From assembly GCA_001662655.1 (NCBI GenBank), contig KV460222.1: a stretch of DNA of 64,000 nt. One strand, 5' to 3'. This DNA comes from Pseudogymnoascus verrucosus (lineage: Eukaryota). Every line of letters begins with the position of its first letter. Positions within the stretch are counted from its first letter, which is position 1. The position numbers and the translations under genes are program-made. Below, piece by piece: positions 1-11,534 of the stretch. The notes beneath the pieces were generated by a model. That model searched no databases and was not told where the DNA came from. It worked only from the letters and a program-made list of their open reading frames with translations.

Positions 1-1
1 A

Positions 2-130
2 ATGGACCATGCCTTAGTTGCCGCTGCGTCAAGAAGACGGGTTGACACAATCCCAGGCATAGACCAGGCCACAGAGCAGGTAGAGCAACTGCTAGATTCG
101 CTCAGCCTTGTTAATTGGCTTCTTAAATGA
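2..130 (+). CDS. possible 3' end of an upstream gene (partial)
   Basis: Open frame from the window edge (..DHALVAAASRRRVDTIPGIDQATEQVEQLLDSLSLVNWLLK*) ending TGA at 128-130; no recognisable family. Confidence 0.25.
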   Translation: MDHALVAAASRRRVDTIPGIDQATEQVEQLLDSLSLVNWLLK

Positions 131-540
131 GTCGCCGGGCCGCCACATCCACGGATCCACCTAGTATGGTTCTAACAGTGCATTGCGAAGTAACTACACG
201 ATCTTCTTACAATACGGTAATGGGTACCTGTCTGGCTCATGAATCAGATAGGATAATATATGATAGCTATAGTTGGTTCTAGATACAGTCGCTTGCAAAA
301 TTGGCTTCCCGTCCTTTGTCTCAGCTGCAGGGAATTCAGGCTACTGTACTCGGTGTAACGTCCACTTGATTTAATTCGATGTTAAGCGGATCCAGTAGAC
401 TACCCATACATGAATATTGATGCCTAGATTAGAGTACCAATTTTAAAGAATGAGGCTGTGAGCATCTTGCATTTTCAGAACGCAACAACAGATACCTAAA
501 TCTCATATGCTGAAGTTTGCATGCTGTAGGACCTTCGAAG

Positions 541-3500
541 ATGGTTAGTGATATACCCAAGATGCTCCGACTTACGGATGTTGCCGTGGCTAGCAAGAAC
601 TTACCCCGCTTTAGTCTCTTAACCAGGTATACCCCGAGAACAATCCGGATGCTAGTAAAGCTGCCAAAGTCGAGTGAGTATGCCTCCTATAATGATTGGT
701 AGCCAATATACTAACAATCTGGTGTGTAGTATTATCTTAGTTCACGGCCTGAATCCCAAAAGTAAGGACGATGAAGCACATGCGTTGAATACCTGGACCG
801 AGAATGGCAGACTCTGGCCTAAGGACGATCTACCAAAGAGGCTCCCTGATGCACGAATATCTCTCTATGTATATGATTCATCAGCAGTTTATGGTGGTAG
901 CCAGGCAACTTTTGCCGACAAGGCAAATGAGCTCCTGGAGACCATTAGATGCGACCGGGAGGACTGGGAGGGGAGGCCTCTCATTCTCATGGGACATAGC
1001 CTCGGTGGTATTTTGATTGAGCAAGCCTTGATAAATGCTCGACAAAATGAGACCTATCAGCATATTTATGACGCAACGTATGATCTTATCTACCTGTAAT
1101 ACTTCTAAGTACTGACAGAGAACCCTAGGGCGTGCCTGGCCTTTTTCGGAACTCCCCATGAAGGTGGTTCAGGAGGGATGGTTACCGCGGGGAAGACAGC
1201 TGCAAATGTGGCTTTATGGCTAGGATTTCAAAAGGGGGACAACATTATTGAGACCTTGGACAAGGGTTCTATGTTCACGGATATCCTCAAAGACCACTTT
1301 CGGCAGCAATTTGAGAGTTACCGGATGGTATCTTTCTGGGGTGACAAAGACACAGTATGTTCTACCTCGCGTAATGAGTAACGGTGTAAGACCTCATAAT
1401 TGACTAAAATTTACTAATTGCCCCTTGACTTAGATTGTCTCAAGAGAGAGCTCTAAATTTGGGCTCGCTGGGGGTCGTGAGCGAATCGTTGAGTTGAAAG
1501 CAGATCATCACGGAGTTGCAGCTTTTGGCCACACTACGAAGGATGAAGGTAACCTGAAAAAGGTAACAAGTAATGTGAAATGGTTGTATGATGAGGCCCT
1601 GAAACTGGGTATGTTGGAATCACTCACCTCCCCTCCTAAGGGTATTGTGGCAGATCCTGACAAGGATGCTCTGCTCCGAAAGAGACTGGAAGCCCTTAGA
1701 AACTGATGAATTAGAGTAGTGTTGTCCTTTTTTATTAAGCTAGCGCTACTGAATTTAATTATTCATATGTGATAGATGTGCCCTAGAACTAATTTGGTTC
1801 TAGTTGACAAGATTCAGAGCCATCTTGAACACTCAAGGGTATGTACTACTTAGAGTTCTTAGCACCAACTTCGTCACTAACAGTGCAAACTATTAGGCAA
1901 ATCCTAGACTGCAACAAAACGGTATAGCATTCACAATCAATCTCATTTTACTATTTCTGATTACGAGGCAGCCATGCAAAAAACTCACTGCATCGTACCC
2001 TTCGAAAAGAACCATTGCTTTACCGGCCGTGAGTCAGAATTGACTCAATTGGAAGAAATGCTTTTTGCAGAGGATCAAACAATGAAGGTGGCTGTATGTG
2101 GGCTCGGAGGTGTAGGCAAGACGAGTCTAGTGATCGAGCTCGTTTATCGTATTAGAAAGAATCATGAGAACTGCTCAGTCCTCTGGATACCGGCTACTAA
2201 CCTTGAAAGTCTGCATCAAGCATATCTAGATGTCGCCTGTCAGCTCGGTATACGCGGGTGGGAAGAGGACTTGGCAGATGTAAAAGGACTTGTGCAAGAG
2301 TTCCTGAGCAGAGAAAGTGCTGGGCAGTGGCTAGTAGTTTTCGACAACGCTGACGACATTGATATGTGGGTTGGTACGCCGACGGAACAGGGAACTAAGC
2401 GTTTGATCGACTACTTGCCTACAAGTAAGCTCGGTTGCATCGTGTTCACGACACGCGATCGGAAGACAGCTGTCGAACTTGCACAGAAGAATGTGATGGA
2501 AGTGTCAGAGATGAGCGAAGACGTAGCTACAATGATGCTGCAAAATTGTCTCATTGATCCGGACCTGGTCAACAACAAAACTGACACGTCGAGTTTACTA
2601 AAAGAACTCATTTACCTCCCGCTCGCTATTGTCCAGGCCTCAGCATACATCAACAAGAACAGGATAACCTTCTCTGATTATCTATCCCTCCTAGCAGACC
2701 AAGAAGACGACGTGATTGACCTGCTTAACGAGGAGTTTGAGGACGACGGAAGATATCAGAATGTGAAGAACCCGGTAGCCACGACATGGCTAATCTCGTT
2801 TGAGCAGATCCGCCAACGCGATCCTCTTGCGGCAGAATATCTATCATTTATGGCTTGCATAGATTCGAAGGATATTCCACGGTCTTTGCTTCCTCGAGGC
2901 CAGTCCAGGAAGAAGGAGATGGAGGCAATTGGTACCCTTGACGCATACTCGTTTGTGACCAGGCGTCTGGCAAACGACGCACTTGATCTTCATCGGCTAG
3001 TTCATTTATCAACACGGAATTGGTTGAATTTGAGAAATGAATGGGATGACCGGGCAAATGCAGCTCTGCATCGGGTAGCATACATGTTCCCTCGGCCAAA
3101 ACATGAGAACAGGGCTCTTTGGATGAGCTATCAAATACATGCGCAGTGTGTTCTCACATCGACTAAAGATCGAGAGAAGGAATCTAAAGAATGGTATAGT
3201 TTAGCCTCACAGATTGGAGAATGCTGCCTAAGTACGGGTAAGTATCAAGAGTCTGAGAGCTGGATCCGCCAGACGCTCAAGCTCACGGAAGAGGTGCTTG
3301 GAAAGACGCACCCGGAAACGCTCGCGACTATGAGCAACCTCGCTCTAGTGCTTGATAGTCAGGGCAAATACACTGAAGCAGAGACCATGAACCGTCAGAC
3401 GCTTAAGCTCACAGAAGAGGTGCTTGGAAAGACGCACCCGGATACGCTCGTGACTATAAGCAACCTCGCTCTACTGCTTGATAGGCAGGGCAAATACGCT

Positions 3501-4133
3501 GAAGCAGAGACCATAAACCGCCAGACGCTTAAGCTTAGGGAAGAGGTGCTTGGAAAGATGCACCCGGAAACGCTCGCGACTATGAGCAACCTCGCTCTAG
3601 TGCTTGATAGGCAGGGCAAATACGCTGAAGCAGAGACCATAAACCGTCTGACGCTTAAGCTTAAGGAAGAGGTGCTTGGAAAGACGCACCCAGAAACGCT
3701 CGCGACTATGAACAACCTCGCTGCAGTGCTTAATAGTCAGGGCAAATACACTGAAGCAGAGACCATGAACCGTCAGACGCTTAAGCTCACAGAAGAGGTG
3801 CTTGGAAAGACGCACCCGGATACGCTCGTGACTATAAGCAACCTCGCTCTACTGCTTGATAGGCAGGGCAAATACGCTGAAGCAGAGACCATAAACCGCC
3901 AGACGCTTAAGCTTAAGGAAGAGGTGCTTGGAAAGACGCACCCGGAAACGCTCACGAGTGTTTTCTGTCTTGCCTATCTACTTCAAAACAAGAAGCAGTA
4001 TGAAGAAGCATCGATACTTTATGTAAGGGCTTGCACTGGCTATAAGTCATCGTTAGGCTCCGAACATCCAACCACGAAGGCCTGTGTAAACAGTTACTCT
4101 ACTATGCTTGATAATATTAAAGAGACTAATTAA
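541..4133 (+). CDS. fungal NLR: SesB-like alpha/beta-hydrolase - NB-ARC - TPR (NLR1)
   Basis: Hand-spliced in-frame model: 541-543, 615-673, 730-1077, 1129-1354, 1434-1608, 1804-1838, 1897-1921, 1972-4133, all GT..AG. Motifs: IILVHGLN, GHSLGG nucleophile elbow, FFGTPH, ADHH; P-loop GLGGVGKT, Walker B WLVVFDNADD, LHRLV; kinesin-light-chain-type TPRs (LGKTHPETL..MSNLA). Confidence 0.9.
3267..3955 (+). repeat. 126-bp (42-aa) near-identical TPR tandem repeats, about 5.5 units
   Basis: Recurring ...cagacgcttaagct....gaagaggtgcttggaaagacgcacccgga.acgctcg.gact... at a 126-bp period. Confidence 0.95.
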
Positions 4134-4388
4134 ATGTAGTAGCACTTCGTGGCTATGCTCGAGCAGGTAATTAAGATTAAACCATGAAGATTTCCTTTAA
4201 AGCCATCCTACTCATGTAATTTTGGAAGATGCACTTTTCTTACCTTTTATGGTTGCTGTAACTCGTTGCAAAGTTGCGTTTCCTCCCGTCTGCGACACAA
4301 CTAGTATAGAAACCTGATATGTACCAGCCCTTGAAGAGGTTATGATTAGCTTGAATAATTCTTCTGTTATAAATTTTTATAACTTTGA

Positions 4389-4428
4389 TTAATCGCGACT
4401 GGCACATTCGCGGTTGGGCCGGAACATA
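4389..4428 (-). mobile_element. solo DNA-transposon end
   Basis: 40 bp that are the exact reverse complement of 7561-7600; AT-rich sequence on its left (interior) side. Confidence 0.75.
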
Positions 4429-6296
4429 AATAAACAGCCCCCCTTGCCCGGGTGGCGGATACCTAAGAGATGGGATCTCAGGAGCATCTACCACATCTCC
4501 TGCACCACCCATAATGGTTCCCAGCTCTTCGTTGATTAGATCCGTCAGTTCTATCTCCCATGTGTTCTCATCTGCGTTTTCATCTCCACCTTCGTCTTTT
4601 TCATTCTCCTCCAATGGCTCTGTTACCCTCGCAATACTGGCCCCCGAATTTCGCGCCGCACTAGGACCAGCGCTTGCTTGTGATGCCCTTGGCACCTCCG
4701 GGCTCCTCGTCGTATTGGGGGTCTCATTTACCAGTATTGACGCGCTCCTCGCATTATCCGGTGTCTCATCATCCACAAATGACGACGCGCTTCTCGACCT
4801 ATTACGTTCCTCCTCATCTGCAGGTATCGACAGTGCGTAAGGCAGATTGGGGGGAGGCATGTCTTCGCCAGAAGAGTGACTGTCCTCACCAACAGCTATC
4901 GACAGCGCATGCGGATAGTCGGGACTAGGCATGTCTTCATAAAGAGGGGGTCTGTCCTCCACAACTTCCACGCCATCCCCTCCTCCCCCCACTCCTCCCA
5001 CGGTTGCCCAGCCCCGGGTCTAGCCCACCTCGAATTTCTCCATGCCCAATCCAGCGGAACCCCCCTTGCCTCTCTACGTTTAATAAACTGCGCCGGCACC
5101 GAATCAATCGCAAACCAGACGCCATCAACCGACATCTCCGTCTCGATCCCCAGCAGCTCCAAGCACGACAGCACAGAGAATAGGTGCACTCGCGGCTCTT
5201 CAAGTCCCAGCGCCGGCAGATCCACCTCCTGCGCCTCGTTCAAGCCCGGAAGATTAACCATCACTGGGACGAAGCCGTATCTGAACGTCTCTGTCGCGAT
5301 GTGCGCAATATACACATCTGCGCACTCCATCTGGTGGTGCATCTCGAAATCAAACATTGCAGCTCCTGGACGTCCCTGTCAACCCGGTCCGTCACTGGAG
5401 AGCCTACCGGGGCCGGTCAACTCACCGTAATTCGAATATAGCGCGACTAAGCTTGTGGGCTGAACATTCATCGGGTCAAGCGCGCGCTCCAGATTCGTCT
5501 TATTGATGCGCCGCTCCAGGCATAGAGGTAAGATGGTTTCCGCGCTCAGGCCGAGGGCAGTGCTATCGCGTGTTCGTGAGGGGGGATAAGTCTCATTGCC
5601 GTGCTGGTCGATAGCAGCAGAGTGTTGGACGCGGTAGAATAGCCTGGGGCGTGGTATCACGACTGGGAGGGTGAGAGAGGCGGGTGGGTCGACGGGTTTA
5701 AAAGTCTCGATGAGAAGGGGTATATGCTGAATTTCAACAGACGGTTCGAGCAATATTGGGTCGAAGAAGTCTGGTAGAGGGGGACCAGCCTCGTCTACTG
5801 CCGGCCGCGGTGGCACACGATCGAGTATCTCGCCAATTCTCTCCCCGTACATTGCGATCCACCCAGCCAGCGATCCCTCCGCCGGCCCCTGGAACGGAGC
5901 AATATCAGGCCAAGGCTCCACGCCCTCCTCCTCCTCTTCCCAATCATATTGCAGCGGCCCCAGCCTCTCTCCCGCAGCAGCCCGTCCATAATCCCACCGC
6001 GGAATAATATCACGGACACGGAGCAAATTCCTCGTCTGTAGCGGCGCAATCCCTTGCTGCGGGCGCAACTGGCCGTACGTCCCTGGTGAGATCTCATTCG
6101 CCCCCTGGAACGGAAACGCGGGGGGTTGCTCTGGGGCCCTCAAGGTAGGGATGTCGGCTTGCCGCGACGCGCGGGGAGGGAGCGCCCACTCTTCCTCGTC
6201 TTCTTCTATGCCAGGAAGAACTATCCTTGGGGGGCTGAGGGGGTCGCCGCTGGGTAGTCTGAGCTTGACCAATTTCGAGGGTCGTTCTGGCGCCAT
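4429..6296 (-). CDS. DUF7587-like domain protein with low-complexity flanks; probably frameshifted and 3'-truncated
   Basis: Exon 6296-5426, intron 5425-5366 (GTGAGT..CAG), in frame into the 5357 ORF. Motifs PRLFYRVQH, PTSLVALYS, VYIAHIA, VWFAIDSVPAQFI. Coding-like sequence continues in another frame after the G-rich run at about 5000 and runs into the transposon end at 4428. Confidence 0.55.
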
Positions 6297-7560
6297 TTGG
6301 TGTATCTCGGCCCCTGTTGTCGGGAGGTAGTAGGAGATGGCATCGTGGGTTTTGTGGCGGGGTCTGGATCATTTAGATTCCGTGGTGTGGGGGGGAGGCT
6401 CATTGGGAAGCCGCGAAGGAGGTGGTGACTGCCAGCTTTGTGAAGCTGGAGTCTGGCTGAAAGGCAGCATTGTCCTGCTCGGGCTTCACGTTGGTTCTGT
6501 AAGGAAGGAAGCTGCGAGATGGTGGCGACTGCCGCCTTTGTGAATCTGGCAAGTCTACTATAAAGGAAGGCACGTCCGGGGAAGCATCCAGACGTAGACG
6601 GCAAGCACGTTGAAGCATGAAAGGCAATCACACCCCATTGAAGCCCCATACTACTTCCCTACGTACGGCAGGCACGATGACAGTAGCTCTTGCCAACTTT
6701 ATGAAGCCAGTGCGTCTAGCATAAAAGGCAGGCGCGTCCGGTCATGAAAGACCAGTGCACGCAGGACATGAAAGGCAAGAGCATCCCATAAACCTCATAC
6801 CAATTCCACGCAGAAGGAAAGTGCATCCCACAGACAAACACCAACGCACAAACGGCAGGCGCGTCCAATACAGCTATATAGACGGAAGGAAAGAATCCCA
6901 ACCCCCCCCCATCCCCCCTCGTGCCTTCCCATCATCACAAATACCAGTAAAAAAACGGCAAGAGCGCCCCTTCGCGCCTTCCCACAACAACAACAACCCC
7001 TCATAAAACAGCAAGAGCCCCTCTACCATCACCATAGCTCCCGTCTTCACATTCGCCCACCACATATCCCTCCTTTTTACACACCCTCTCCCAACCAACC
7101 CCCCCACCAGCAACCAAAAAGCACAGCCACACCCACAAAACACAGATACAGTCATCCCCCCGCCCGCCCCCCTCTAGCATCTCCAAAGGAAAGGGCGGGC
7201 TTACAGCCGCCCATACATCCGCTCCCCGCCCCCGCCTCCGCTTCCGCTTCCGCCTCCCGACCTGAGGCGCCGCGGGCCTGGTCCTGGGGAGGAGGTGAGA
7301 TGGTGAGGATGCGGTAAGCGCTAAGCGCTATTGTTGTTAATCGTGCAGCAAAGAAGTGCGTTCGCGAGCTTTGACAATAAGATACCTGTGAATCGTACTG
7401 AACAGAACCGGTATAAAGCCCGAATAGCTCCAATGGGAACTCGGCAGCGCCGTCAACGATCTCGATCCTAGCACTTCTGAGACTAAACATACAACGTTCG
7501 CACCACCATCTAACATAATCACACGCACAAGGGCAGCCACCATTTCCAAGTTCAATAGTA

Positions 7561-8041
7561 TATGTTCCGGCCCAACCGCGAATGTGCCAGTCGCGATTAA
7601 CACACATATTATCATATAACTCAACAGCATATAGATAGAACTTTATAAGATATAAGATATATATTATCTACTATATACAGTTTGTCTTTTAGGCTTTAAT
7701 TTTGAAAAATATAGTAGACTTTATGCTTATATAGTACCTTTTATAGCTTTTAAGGGTTCCTTTAGTTACACTTAAATCATCTAAATTTTAAGTAATATTA
7801 AAAATTCTAAGGAAGCAAAGTTGTAGAGAAGTGTCTAAATTACATATCTCCCTATATATATAAATCTATTAAAGCACTTATTAATAAGTTATATTAAGTT
7901 TTGTTTAAAGAAGGCATTTTTATTCGCGACTGGGCCAGTGTGGGTCGGCCCAGTCACGAATGCCAAAATTTGTATGGGGAAATTCGTGGCTGGGCCGGCC
8001 CATTCGCGAATATGACTTATTCGCGACTGGGCCGGAACATT
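7561..8041. mobile_element. non-autonomous TIR element (MITE-like), AT-rich interior
   Basis: TIRs atgttccggcccaaccgcgaat (7562-7583) versus reverse complement of 8019-8040 atgttccggcccagtcgcgaat (20/22); subterminal ttcgcgactgggcc repeats and palindromes at 7923-8033; TA-rich interior 7610-7920. Confidence 0.75.
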
Positions 8042-9154
8042 TATGATAGCTAATGCATGTGGTGAGCTACTGTGTTGGATAGCTGAGTTTGTATAATGAG
8101 AATTGGATAGAATTGGAAACACGCTTGGACACTAGGAATATTACCCTTTAACGACCCACATTTGATAAGTGGTGAGAGGCGATAGCTTCACAGACTCTAT
8201 AAAGCTATCGTCTCTCACAAGGCTCTGTGAATCTGAATGTTATAGAGAGTGACGACCGTCGTTATCAAATTATGGTTTGAAGTGTGGCTCAATCGGCTTA
8301 CGTAAGGTTGCAAGGATAGTGCAGCACAGTCGTTAGGAACTGTGGCTGGTGAAGTTGCGCGACGCAGCTCGTAAACTCCACCAGTCAAACATCGCAGTCA
8401 AACATCGTAACTTCCAAAAAATGTACGTATGTAGGCGCTAAACTCGGCTCCTTTCTGACGAGTTCCCTTTATTGAGCATGTTAAGTTCCACGATTCTTTG
8501 TCATGATTACCAATTAAGTTTCCAATTCTAGATATCCTGACATGCTAGCTCTTACTCAGCCCAGTTTATAGTTGTAGTTCGCTGACCTTGTCAGTCAATT
8601 CGGTCATAGCGACGCGGGGTCGGTTATAGGAGGTCCGAATCTATACCAACCACAACGACTCTGTTCCGAACACGTGAAATATTCGTAAAATACGAGGGAT
8701 CGTAGACGTTACTATTTTATAGTCTAGTGATAAGAGCAAGCGTTAACCAAGGCTTGTACTTGAACTGCCGGGACGTGGAGGGCGTCTAGCCGGAACAGTG
8801 AGCACAACAGTTGCTAATCGCCACCTTACACCTCCAGGTTAGTAGATGAGGGGTTAGTGATCCTCCGGCTAGCCCTACGAATGTGACCCTGTTGGATACT
8901 ACCTACCAAGCTTCAGCTTCAGCTTCAGCCACTCAATTGGCGGTGAATCCTGAAGGCGTCTAATACCTCATCCCGCTGGCTAGGTGGCACTACTAAGCTT
9001 ATGGTGGGCCTTAGGGCCGCGCATCCTTCCCCGTGAGAGCACCTCGGGGAGCAATGGTCCCAGAGTTAGAGTATACGTGGGGGACGCATAAATACAAGCT
9101 TTGGACCCCTCCATAATGTTCTAGATCAGCTATTTCTCTCTGGATACTTAAATC

Positions 9155-10568
9155 ATGTCTACACAGGATCTCACAAAGCTCGCTGCTGAGCTGTCGGCCC
9201 ATGCCAAAGTTCTTCAAGACCATCTTGAAGCTAACAAGCTCTCGGGATTGTCCCTCGATAAAGATGCTTTGATCGATGCCCCATTCGATCCAGCAAACCT
9301 GGAGATTCAAGGTGCCAGGGCGGCCCTTATCAAGACGTCAAAGTTGATCCATGATCTGGCACTTGGTCCAAAGGAAATAATGCTGGAGCGCTCAACGAAT
9401 GTATTACCCCCCCAGCGTTGCTATGATATCATTGAGTTTCCCTAATCTCTATGCAAGACAAAATTCGATCAGATGACCCTGCACGCCGTTGTGCGCTTTG
9501 GAATCGCAGAGGCCATCCCTCTCGATAAGCCCATTACCTTTGAAGCCGTGGCAAAGAAAGTTGGTCTCAGCACCGACCGAGTAACGCGCCTACTTCGCCA
9601 TAGCATGACGAACAACTTGTTCGAGGAGCCACGTGCGGGATACGTTGGCCACACGGCCTTGTCGTCCATCATTGTCAGGGAGCCGCTGAGCAGGTCGTGG
9701 ATCTTGCACAACTTCGAAGAAATCGCGACCACCAAGTTCCTCGAAGCATACGACAAGTACGGCGAGACCGACGAGCCGACTGAAACAGCAACTAGTCTTG
9801 CGTTCGATTACTTTACTAAGCACCCCAAGGATAATCTCTGGACATTCCTTGAGAACGATGGTGAGGGTGAGCAGAAGGGCTACAGGATGCGCAGGTTCGC
9901 AGAGGCTATGGTCTGGGTCAGTGGCCACAAAAATGACCAGGACATGATCCTAGCCACAGGCTTCGGCTGGGCCTCCCTTGGCGAAGCAACCGTTGCCGAT
10001 GTAAGCCCTCATTCCAATCTGCAGCTTCTAAACCAAACTAACAAACACGCTCCAGGTCGGCGGCTCCGTCGGTCACTGCTCCATCGCCATCGCCAAGAAA
10101 TTCCCCTCCCTGAAGTTTATTGTTCAGGACTTCGGCGCGTTGGAGCCCGCCTTCCAGGCAGCCCTTCCCACCGAAATCAAAGACCAAGTCTCCTTCCAAC
10201 CGCACGACTTCTTCACGCCACAGACCACCAAGGCCGACGTCTACTTCCTGCGCCATGTCCTCCACGACTACTCCGACCCGTACGCCATCAAGATCCTAAG
10301 GAATCTGCTCCCGACCCTGGTTCCCGGAAACAGAATCATCCTCTGCGAGATCGTGTTGCCGCCACCTGGGGCGCCGCTCCCACCATCGGTAGTGAGGGTG
10401 ATGCACAGCATTGACTTGCAGATGATGGTCGTGCAGAACGCCAAGGAGCGGTCGGAGGAGCAGTGGATTGACTTGTTGGCGAGGGCGGATAGCCGGTTCA
10501 AGCTTGTTAATATTGGGAGAGTGCCAGCGCTGCAGTCGTTCCTCGAAATCAAGTTTGATAGCGCTTGA
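9155..10568 (+). CDS. SAM-dependent O-methyltransferase (Methyltransf_2, secondary-metabolism type)
   Basis: Exons 9155-9400, 9458-10000, 10056-10568; motifs ADVGGSVGH, IVQD, HDFFTPQ, YFLRHVLHDYSD, KERSEEQW. Confidence 0.92.
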
Positions 10569-10647
10569 TGGGGGTTCTGAGGAAGGTGCGACCTTAATTC
10601 TTGGATAAGCCAAATCTACGAAATACAAATGAATAAATTTAAACTAT

Positions 10648-10900
10648 ATTCGGCTCCGCAACCCAGCTCTCCACATTGATGCTTCTTTGCAGAGAGCTCC
10701 TAGGCGCTCACGAATGCGGAGGTGTCTATAGATACTATCAGCCTCCCCTTTTCATCACGTACCCCCACGAACCCTAACTACCTCCATAGCGCCGCTTCTT
10801 TGGCGAGGGCCTTCCAGGCGCTCACGAATGCCTCTGCGTCTACGGACATTATTACCCTCCCTTCCTATCCGGTGCCTAACACCCCAAACGGACAAGTCCA
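10648..10900 (-). pseudogene. relic of a gene with a tandem 38-aa repeat
   Basis: About 113-bp imperfect direct repeat (10681, 10794); minus strand reads GRVIMSVDAEAFVSAWKALAKEAALWR* and GRLIVSIDTSAFVSA*E/LCKEASMWR with TAG stops and a frameshift. Confidence 0.5.
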
Positions 10901-11534
10901 GTAATCAAAACGGCACACGAAAAGTGGGAAAACTCACCAACTCCTACGTAGAAGCTGAGAACCACCTCCCCCCCTAGTCCGATTCATAAACGTTTAAACC
11001 ATTTTTTAGGGGCAAACGACGCGCGTGGAGTTCGATGAAGCAAATGAATACTTTGATTTTCGGGGCAAGAAGTTTGAGACACTGTCGCGTTTGGACTATA
11101 TCAGGGCGGTTATCTTTACCGTGGGTTGTCCTAGGCACTCAAATACTATAGCGCCGCAACCGCCATAGAGTAGAGTTGAACGAGGATCGAGACCCTTAAG
11201 CAAGCAAATGGTTCCACCATGAGCTGGTTCCTGACAGCAGTTTTTGACAATATGAGCTGGTTCCTAACAACATGGCCTGGTTCATGGACAACTCAGCTCT
11301 TTATCTAACTTCACATTCATCGTCCCCCCCTCTTCCGTTGATGGCTCATCTTTCATGTCCTTGATTTTGCATGAATGGAGTCTATACTTCCCCTCCTCGC
11401 AACTCCCACCTTCGTGCTTGCTCTCGTCCTCCTCCTCGCCCTTGCCTTCGCCCTTGCCTTCGCCATGCACACCCCCGCCGGTCACCAGTTACCGCGGCCG
11501 CCATCTCTTAACTCGCCACCTATCACCTATCACC

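Noticed and set aside
541..700. Amyloid signalling motif at the NLR N-termini
   Set aside because: No G/N/Q-rich HRAM, PP or sigma-like pattern seen in either NLR; both have a directly fused effector
3267..3955. Regular repeats as a CRISPR-like array
   Set aside because: In-frame 126-bp coding TPR units with no unique spacers, in a eukaryotic gene
6560..6870. Degenerate aaaggcaggcgcgtcc / catgaaaggcaa repeats
   Set aside because: Short, irregular and not interpretable; treated as low-complexity upstream sequence
7152..7630. Minus-strand ORFs starting in the TIR element
   Set aside because: They begin in transposon-end sequence and have no recognisable domain
9155..10568. O-methyltransferase as part of a biosynthetic cluster
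   Set aside because: No backbone or other tailoring genes nearby
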